Assembly (NCBI GenBank): GCA_963748215.1
Contig: CAVVHS010000007.1
Span: forward strand, 384,001 to 448,000
Origin: an uncultured Gammaproteobacteria bacterium
GTDB lineage: Bacteria; Pseudomonadota; Gammaproteobacteria; UBA9214
Length of the DNA stretch: 64,000 bases
Direction: 5' to 3'
In this document: piece after piece, positions 56,687 to 64,000 of the stretch
Position numbering within the stretch: position 1 is the first letter of the stretch
Layout: the number at the start of each line of letters is the position of its first letter
The notes under the pieces: model-generated
Database searches by the model: none
What the model saw: the letters and a program-made list of their open reading frames with translations, nothing else
What the model was told of the DNA's origin: nothing
Program-made: the position numbers and the translations under genes

Positions 56687-57607
56687 TCAGCCGCCGGGTG
56701 CCGGTTGAGCCGCCGGTGCATCGGGTTCCGGCAGGCGCTCCATGTCCACCGACACCTGCGGCCGGTGTCCCGGGTCGCCGCCGAACAGTACGCCCTTGAG
56801 TGGCGTGACATCGGCATAGTCCCGTCCCCAGGCCGTGGTGATGTGCTGGTCCAGCGGCACCCGGTTGTTGGTGGGGTCGAAGTCATGCCAGCCGACATCG
56901 GGCAGGTATACCGAGAACCAGGCATGCGATTCGTCGGCCCCGCGCTGCTTGGCCTGGCCCGGTGGCGGCAGGGTTTCCAGGTAGCCGCTCACATAGCGCG
57001 CCGCCAGCCCGAGACTGCGCAGGCAGGCGATCGCCAGGTGGGCGAAGTCCTGGCATACGCCCCGCCGACTGGAGAGGACCTCGGTCAGGGGGGTGGAGAC
57101 GGTGGAAAATCCCGGGTCGTAGGTGAACTCGTGGTGGACGCGCGCCATCAGGTCGCGCACCGACTCCAGCAGCGGCCGGCCGGGCGGGAACGACGGCGCC
57201 GCGTAATCGGCCAGTTCCTGCCCGGTGGGCACCAGCGATGAATCGAGCACGAACTGCCGGTTCTCGCGTGACATGTCCGTGGCGGGTTCCGCCAGGCGCC
57301 TGCGCGCCTCGTCCCAGGGGATGTCAGCTTCAAGTGCCAGCTGGCCGGTCCCGGGATTCAGCTCGATTTCGCTGGTGGCGATGACCGTGAGGGTCTGGTG
57401 CGGTTGCTGAATGGAAAAATAGCTGACATGGTTGCCGAAGTAATCCGCGTGTTCGGCAAGATCCATCGGCAGCGGGTCGATCTGCAGGCGATGTCCCAGG
57501 CACTGCTGGGTGACCAGATTGCGCGGCCGCAGGTGGGCCAGGTTGTGGCACAGGCTGACGGTCATCCCGTAACGGTACTCTGTCTTGTGCACGACACGGT
57601 ATTTCAT
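56687..57607 (-). CDS. Transglutaminase family protein (N-terminal domain plus catalytic core)
   Basis: YRVVHKTEYRY, DYFGN, GVCQDFAH, ARYVSGY, SHAW, FDPTN and GRDYADV. Confidence 0.92.
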   Translation of the reverse strand: MKYRVVHKTEYRYGMTVSLCHNLAHLRPRNLVTQQCLGHRLQIDPLPMDLAEHADYFGNHVSYFSIQQPHQTLTVIATSEIELNPGTGQLALEADIPWDEARRRLAEPATDMSRENRQFVLDSSLVPTGQELADYAAPSFPPGRPLLESVRDLMARVHHEFTYDPGFSTVSTPLTEVLSSRRGVCQDFAHLAIACLRSLGLAARYVSGYLETLPPPGQAKQRGADESHAWFSVYLPDVGWHDFDPTNNRVPLDQHITTAWGRDYADVTPLKGVLFGGDPGHRPQVSVDMERLPEPDAPAAQPAPGG

Positions 57608-60165
57608 GACTGTTCTGATTCTTCATCGACCAGCTGGTAGGGCCGCTCGGCATGGGTGAAATAGGTTGACGTCAGGGCATTGGAGGTGTCACCCAGGTGC
57701 TGGCCGAGCCCGGCGAGCAGGTTTTCGAGTCGCGGCCTGATACCGCCGTCCGCCTGCGCCAGTTCCTCCGCATTCGCCAGTTCGAGCTGGGTGGTGGCTT
57801 CGAGCACGAGTCGCATTTCCCGCTTGTAGGGACGTCGGTCCTGTCCCGGTAACACGGCGAGATGCTGCCGCGCCGCGTGCAACTGGTAGACGAGGGAGCG
57901 GCTGTTGGTTTCATCCAGCAGCAGCAGGTCCAGCGTGGCTTCCAGCTGCGGCCGGTTGCGAAAACGGCGTCGATAGAGGGTGAAGCTCTCGGTAACGGCC
58001 AGCACCGACTCCAGCAGCAGGACCTCGATTTCCGGCGCCACGCGGCTGGTCAGCACGGCGCGCAGCAGCGCGATCAGCAGCAAGGCGCGCTCGATGCGTC
58101 TGCCCAGGTTGAAGAAGTGCCAGCCCAGGTCCCGGCTCATGCTTTCGCTGGCGGCGCCGGCGATGGCCATCAGGGCGGTGATGATGCGGTCCTGTGTGTC
58201 CTGCAGGAACTGCAGATCGGTGTGACCGCCTTGCGCAAGGCCGTCCAGTTCGTCACCGATGTCATTGAATACCCGCCGCGCGTCGCTGCTCACCAGGTTG
58301 CGAACGGCGTAGGCCGCGTTGAGGCAGTCCGACAGGTTGGCGGCCAGGGTTCCGGTGCGCCGCCGGTTGCAGATCAGGTCGATAAGCTCCGCCTGCGGCT
58401 CGGCCAGGCGTTGCTCGGCGCCGACCCCCGTGAAGCCGGGGTAGGTCATGCTCATGTGGGTCAGACCCCGCAGCAGCATGTCCAGGGTCGTCTGGTAGAC
58501 CGGGTCCGTCAGCTGCAGGGTTTCGTTGCGGCGTGTGTGGATGTTGCGGATCAGCCGGATCATGTCCTCGGCACGCTCGGCGTAGCGTGCCAGCCAGAAC
58601 AGGTTTTCGGCGGCCAGGCCGGGCAGGGTCTCCTGCGATTGCGGGAAGATGCCCTTGCCCTGGGGCAGCAGTGTCACGATCTGCTCGGGTTCGGAGGCCA
58701 GCACCCAGGTGTCCTTGCTGACGGCGCCGGCCTGGTTGGACACTAACCGGCTTTCCGGTGTCTCGCCGACGCGGGTCAGTCCGCCCGGCATGACCGTGAA
58801 ACTGTCCTGGCCGGCGGCCAGGAAGGTGCGCAGCACGCTATGGCGCGGTTCCAGCCGGCCCGCGTTCAGCGTCGGCGCCGATGACGGTATCAGTCGTTCC
58901 TGACCGATGTACTGGTGGGGCTGCGCCTTGATGCGCTCGCGCCATTCTGCCAGTCCTGTGGCATCGAGCTGGTCGCCGAACACCGGCTGGCCGCCCCGCT
59001 TGACCGGTCGCAGTACCAGGGTGGCGAGGTTGGCCAGCACGTAGTCACGCTCCCGCGGCTGTCCGCACCACCAGGTGGCGACCGAGGGCAGCCGCAGTTC
59101 CTGTCCCAGCAAATGCCTCGCCAGCCGGGGCAGGAAGGCCATCAGGCCGGGACTCTCCAGGATGCCCGCGCCGATCGAATTGGCGATGGCAACCCGTCCG
59201 CGACGCATCACTTCCACCAGCCCGGGGACACCGAGCAGGGAGTCGGGGCGCAGTTCCAGCGGGTCACAGTAGTGATCGTCGACGCGCCTGAGAATGACAT
59301 CCACCGGGGCCAGCCCGCTGACGGACTTGAGCCAGACCCGACCGTCGCGCACGGTCAGGTTGGCGCCCTCGATCAGGGTGTAATCGAGGTAGTTGGCAAG
59401 GTACAGGTGTTCGAAATAGGTTTCGTTGTGCGGCCCGGGGGTCATGATCACCACCCGCGGGTCCTCGCGCGCCGGTTCCGGCGCCAGGTTTGCCAGCGAC
59501 TCGCGCAGGCGGCGGAAGAAGGGGGCCAGCCGGTGCGGGTGGGAATCGCGGAACAGGCTGGGAATCAGGCGCGACATGACGGTGCGGTTTTCCAGCGCAT
59601 AGCCCATGCCCGAGGGGGCCTGGGTGCGGTCCTTGAGGACCCGGAACCGGCCGTCATTGCCGCGCACCAGGTCCGCGGCAAACAGGCTCAGTCCCGGCGG
59701 CCTGGCGGGCGGAGCGACCACGCAGGAACGCTGGAAGCCGGGATCGCCATACACCAGGTCCGGCGGGATCAGGCCCTTCCTGATCAGGCTGCAGGGACCG
59801 TAGAGATCCTGCAGGATCAGGTTGAGCAGCTCCGCCCGCTGCATCAGGCCGGACTCGATGCCGGCCCATTCGCTGCTGCTGATCAGCAGCGGTACCGGGT
59901 CGAGCTGCCAGGCCCGGTTGAGGCCGTCCTGAGCGCCGTAGACATTGTAGGTGGCGCCGTCGCTGCGCAGCATGCGGACTGTGTCACGCTGCCGCTGCTG
60001 CAGCACCTCGGGACCCATGGCATCCAGCGCGCTGATCAGGTACTGCCAGTGTTTGCGCACCGTGCCGTCTCCGGTGCACATCTCGTCATAGCCTGACGGC
60101 GACCGCGCGTAGGCCGGACAGGCTGCGCTGCGGTCGGGGGTGTTCATGGTTGGCGTATCAGTCAC
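57604..60165 (-). CDS. Circularly permuted type 2 ATP-grasp fused to an alpha-E domain
   Basis: WQLDPVP, DRTQAPSGMGYALENR, ETYFEH, MPGGLTRV and SKDTWV, then ENLFWLARYAERAE and GRRIERA. Confidence 0.92.
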   Translation of the reverse strand: MTDTPTMNTPDRSAACPAYARSPSGYDEMCTGDGTVRKHWQYLISALDAMGPEVLQQRQRDTVRMLRSDGATYNVYGAQDGLNRAWQLDPVPLLISSSEWAGIESGLMQRAELLNLILQDLYGPCSLIRKGLIPPDLVYGDPGFQRSCVVAPPARPPGLSLFAADLVRGNDGRFRVLKDRTQAPSGMGYALENRTVMSRLIPSLFRDSHPHRLAPFFRRLRESLANLAPEPAREDPRVVIMTPGPHNETYFEHLYLANYLDYTLIEGANLTVRDGRVWLKSVSGLAPVDVILRRVDDHYCDPLELRPDSLLGVPGLVEVMRRGRVAIANSIGAGILESPGLMAFLPRLARHLLGQELRLPSVATWWCGQPRERDYVLANLATLVLRPVKRGGQPVFGDQLDATGLAEWRERIKAQPHQYIGQERLIPSSAPTLNAGRLEPRHSVLRTFLAAGQDSFTVMPGGLTRVGETPESRLVSNQAGAVSKDTWVLASEPEQIVTLLPQGKGIFPQSQETLPGLAAENLFWLARYAERAEDMIRLIRNIHTRRNETLQLTDPVYQTTLDMLLRGLTHMSMTYPGFTGVGAEQRLAEPQAELIDLICNRRRTGTLAANLSDCLNAAYAVRNLVSSDARRVFNDIGDELDGLAQGGHTDLQFLQDTQDRIITALMAIAGAASESMSRDLGWHFFNLGRRIERALLLIALLRAVLTSRVAPEIEVLLLESVLAVTESFTLYRRRFRNRPQLEATLDLLLLDETNSRSLVYQLHAARQHLAVLPGQDRRPYKREMRLVLEATTQLELANAEELAQADGGIRPRLENLLAGLGQHLGDTSNALTSTYFTHAERPYQLVDEESEQS

Positions 60166-63100
60166 ATCTGCCGCTGTGTCTCAGGTCCAGGGTATAAGGA
60201 TACTCCGGATTGATCTCCTCCACAGGGGGTGCCATGGGTCCCGGGGCATGGCCTTCGGGGAAAAACTTCGCCAGGGGTGCAAGCTCCGGCGGCGGGCGCA
60301 GCGGGCCCGTGCTGTGGCCATGGCCCCAGAAACGGCTGATGCGGCGCGATTCGGCCTCGTAGGCATTGACCGGGAAAACGTCGTAGTGCCGCCCGCCGGG
60401 ATGTGCCACGTGGTAGGTGCAGCCACCGATGGAACGGCCGTTCCAGGTGTCGATGATATCGAAGACCAGCGGCGAATGAACGCCGATGGTGGGGTGCAGC
60501 GCCGAGGGTGGCTGCCAGGCGCGGAAGCGTACGCCCGCCACGTACTCGCCATGGGTGCCGGTGCTTCGCAGCGGGATCCGGCGGCCGTTGCAGGCAACCA
60601 CGTAGCGGCTTTCCGTCAGCCCGCTGACCTTGACCTGCAGCCGCTCCACCGAGGAGTCGACGAAGCGTGCCGTGCCCAGGTTGCTCATTTCCTCGCCCAG
60701 CACGTGCCAGGGCTCGAGCGCGGCATGGAGGTCGAGGCGGATGTCCTGCACGCTGAGCGATCCGCAATGCGGGAAACGGAATTCCAGGAACGGCGCCAGC
60801 CATTCCAGCTGGAACGGGTAGCCGGCGCGCTGCAATTCGCACGCCACGTCCTTGATGTCGGCCCATACGTAATGGGGCAGCATGAAGCGGTCATGCAGCT
60901 GCGGTGCCCCAGCGCACCAGCCGGTGCCGGTAGGGCTGGTCCCAGAAGCGTGCGACCAGGGTGCGCAACAGCAGCATCTGCACCAGGCTCATCTGTGCAT
61001 GCGGCGGCATTTCGAAGGCACGGAATTCCACCAGCCCCAGGCGTCCGGTCGACGAATTGGGCGAGTACAGCTTGTCGATACAGAACTCGGCGCGATGGGT
61101 GTTGCCGGTGATATCCACCAGCAGGTTGCGCAGCAGCCGGTCCACCAGCCAGGGTTCGGCCACTTCACCGTCGGGCATTTGCTGGAAGGCGATTTCCAGC
61201 TCGTACAGGTTCTCGTCCCGGGCCTCGTCCACCCGCGGTGCCTGGCTGGTCGGGCCGATGAACATGCCGGAGAACAGGTGGACAGGCCGGGGTGATGCTG
61301 CCAGTAGGTCAGCAGGCTGCGCAGCAGGTCGGGACGCCGCAGGAACGGACTGTCGGCCGGGGTGGCGCCGCCGAGGGTGACATGGTTGCCGCCGCCGGTG
61401 CCGGTATGGCGGCCGTCCAGCATGAACTTCTCCGTCCCCAGCCGGGACAGGCGCGCCTCGGCGTAGAGGGTCTCGGTATTCTCCACCAGTTCCTGCCAGT
61501 CGTGCGCCGGGTGAATGTTGACCTCGATCACGCCCGGATCGGGGGTCACGGCCAGCTTGCGGATACGCCAGTCCCGCGGTGGCTCGTAGCCTTCGATGCG
61601 TATCGGCATCTCCAGTTCGGCCGCCGTCAGTTCCACCGCGGCGAGCAGGTCCAGGTAATGTTCGAGGTGGGTAAGCGGCGGCAGGAACAGGCGCAGCATG
61701 CCTTCGCGGGCCTCGACACACAGGGCGGTATGAATCACCTCGATCCGCCGCCGCGCCTGCGCGCCGTTGTCCGCCGGTTCCTGCTGCATGATTTCCGGGT
61801 GGGATTCCGGTGCCGCCTCGATGCGGCTGAAGCGGCGGGTTACCTCGCCGTAGTAATCACCCAGTGCCGGTCGCGGTTCGAACAGGTCGCGATCCGGTTC
61901 GATGTCGCGTTCCTCCTCGGCTATCCAGGGCAGGGCGTCGAGTGGCAGGCGCAGTCCCATGGGGGAATCGCCGGGCGCGAGGCACATATGCCCGCGGCGA
62001 AAGTGCCAGCTGCAGCTTTGCCAGCCGCTGCGGGAATCATCCCAGCGCAGCGGCAGGGCGAAGCCGGCGGGTTTGCCGAGGTCGCCGGCGAGCAGTTCCA
62101 CCAGCCGGCGCCGTTCGTCCGGCTTCTTCAGGTCGGTGCCGAGCAGGTCCACGTTGACCGGCTGGTCGCCTTCCTTCCACAGGTAGTAGAGGGTGTCTTC
62201 GTAGGCGGGGAGCAGGTAATGCCCGGGTACGCCGAGCTTGCGGGTCAGTGCCGCAGCGAACTGCTCCGCCTCGTCCGGCCCGCAGCCGTAATCGACGCCG
62301 TCCCGCGCCAGCAGTTTCGGGTCGCGCCACACCGGCTTGCCATCGACACGCCAGAAACAGTTCAGCGACCAGCGCGGCACGGGTTCGCCCGGGTACCACT
62401 TGCCCTGTCCGTAGTGCAGCAGGCCGCCGGGTGCGAAGCGCCCTTGCAGTCGCTGCAACAGATCACCGGCCAGCTCGCGCTTCTGTTTCCCGAGCGCGGC
62501 ATCATTCCACTGCGCAGATTCCATGTCATCGATGGAGACGAAAGTCGGTTCGCCACCGAGGGTGAGCCGCACATCACCCGCCGCCAGGTCGGCATCCACC
62601 TTGCGTCCCAGGGCCTGGATGGTCTCCCACTGTGACGCGGTGTACGGCTTGGTGACCCGCGGATCCTCGTGGATGCGCTGCACCTCGTTATGGAAGCGGA
62701 ATTCCACCTTGCATTTGCCGGTCGTGCCGGTTATGGGCGCGGCACTGACGGGGTGGGGCGTGCAGGCGAGCGGGATATGGCCTTCGCCCGCGAACAGGCC
62801 CGAGGTCGGATCCAGTCCCAGCCAGCCGGCGCCCGGTATAAACACCTCGGCCCAGGCATGCAGGTCGGTGAAGTCATGGTCGGTGCCGGCAGGACCCTCC
62901 AGCGGTTTTTCATCCGGTGTCAGCTGCAGCAGGTAGCCGGAAACAAAGCGCGCCGCAAGGCCGAGATGGCGCAGGATCTGCACCATCAACCAGGCGCTGT
63001 CGCGACAGGAACCCAGTGCCTTGTCGAGGGTTGTCTCACAGCTCTGGATGCCCGGTTCCATGCGGATGGTGTAGTCGATGTCACGCTGCAGCCGCTGGTT

Positions 63101-63544
63101 GATAGCCACCAGGAAATTATTGATCTCCTGCTTCGAACGATCGGCACCGGACAGCCACTTCAGCAACCGCGGGCCGTCCTCGGTGATCTCCAGATAAGGC
63201 GCCAGTTCCTTGCGCAAGCCGGGCGTGTATTCGAAGGGGTAGTGCTCCGCATATTTTTCGACGAAAAAATCGAACGGGTTGATGACCACGATATCGGCCA
63301 CCAGGTCCACCTCGAAGGACAATGTCCGCACCGGTTCCGGGAACACCAGGCGGGCGAGGTAGTTGCCGAAGGGATCCTGCTGCCAGTTGATGAAATGTTT
63401 TTCGGGCAGCACCTTGAGCGAATAGGACTCGATCGGGCTGCGTGTATGCGGGGCCGGGCGCAGCCGTACGATATGCGGGGAGACCTCGACCGGCCGGTCA
63501 AAGCGGTACTCCGTCAAGTGATTGATAGCAACTCGAATAGCCAT
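60158..63544 (-). CDS. Transglutaminase-DUF2126 amidoligase fusion (frameshifts ~61280 and ~60900)
   Basis: [31 protein letters not shown]; [30 protein letters not shown]; then [15 protein letters not shown] and [12 protein letters not shown]; then EPWHVLGEE and RFVDSSVER. Three frames in total. Confidence 0.9.
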
Positions 63545-63608
63545 TTCAAGGAAACCTGGTCAGTAGTAAACAGGGGTCACCATAGCACGGATCGCGTCAA
63601 CGGCAGCT

Positions 63609-63998
63609 TCAGCTGTCCGTCCGGATGCTGAGATCAAAGTGCATTTCGGAATTCTCAACAGCGCCGTAACAGGACCCCTCTATCGGCAGGGTCCCGGCCG
63701 GGCTGCAGGCCGCGGCCAGCGCCACGTGCGCATCCGCCACGGCGGTACCGTGGCCGGGGTCGTAACCGCGCCAGCCACCACCGGGGATGTAGACCTCCGG
63801 CCAGGCGTGCAGGTAACGGCGTTTCCCGCGGGTTTCCGAACGGGCCTGGTAGCCGCTGACGAAACGCGCCGCGATGCCCTGTTCCCGGCAGAGTGCGATA
63901 AACAGCAGCGTCAGGTCGCGGCATGCGCCCCGGCGCTGTGCCAGTGTTAGTTCGGGGCTTTGCGGTGCACCCTGGTCCCGAATCGTCTTTTCGCATGT
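63609..63998 (-). CDS. Transglutaminase family protein, 3' part (start outside the window; not in the ORF track)
   Basis: Own translation: ...[48 protein letters not shown]...IRTDS*. Contains the Cys-His-Asp triad motifs. Confidence 0.88.
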   Translation of the reverse strand, partial: TCEKTIRDQGAPQSPELTLAQRRGACRDLTLLFIALCREQGIAARFVSGYQARSETRGKRRYLHAWPEVYIPGGGWRGYDPGHGTAVADAHVALAAACSPAGTLPIEGSCYGAVENSEMHFDLSIRTDS

Positions 63999-64000
63999 GG

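Overview
High-GC bacterial DNA, most likely from a gammaproteobacterium (uup, slyD, yeiP/efpL, cytochrome c5, DsrC-family gene; possibly a sulfur-cycling lineage, inferred). It contains two large systems. (1) ~5.7-34.1 kb is a carbon-storage/redox island: gpmI, a PfkB kinase, and a leftward ppsA-porC-porA-porB-(PorD/GltD-like fusion)-glgP run. This run is divergent, across FNR-like boxes, from a 13-gene Mrp-Mbx operon plus a ferritin-like gene, followed by gnd-zwf-pgl. The NuoD-like subunit has the RICVPD and LDACPPEVDR cysteine motifs of the archaeal membrane-bound sulfane-sulfur reductase (MBS/MBX), and the NuoI-like subunit is fused to a flavin NAD(P)H module. Together this suggests anaerobic, ion-translocating sulfur respiration on stored glycogen (hypothesis). 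(2) ~46.3-64 kb is an expanded amidoligase/transglutaminase cluster: Anbu, two circularly permuted ATP-grasps, alpha-E domains, three transglutaminase domains, two DUF2126-type ligases and a Zn peptidase, with a sigma54 promoter. Housekeeping and accessory genes and many REP-like palindromes, some tandemly amplified, fill the rest. Five genes carry isolated frameshifts, probably assembly indels. No rRNA, tRNA, CRISPR array or transposase was recognised. All family calls come from motif recognition by eye, not from database searches.
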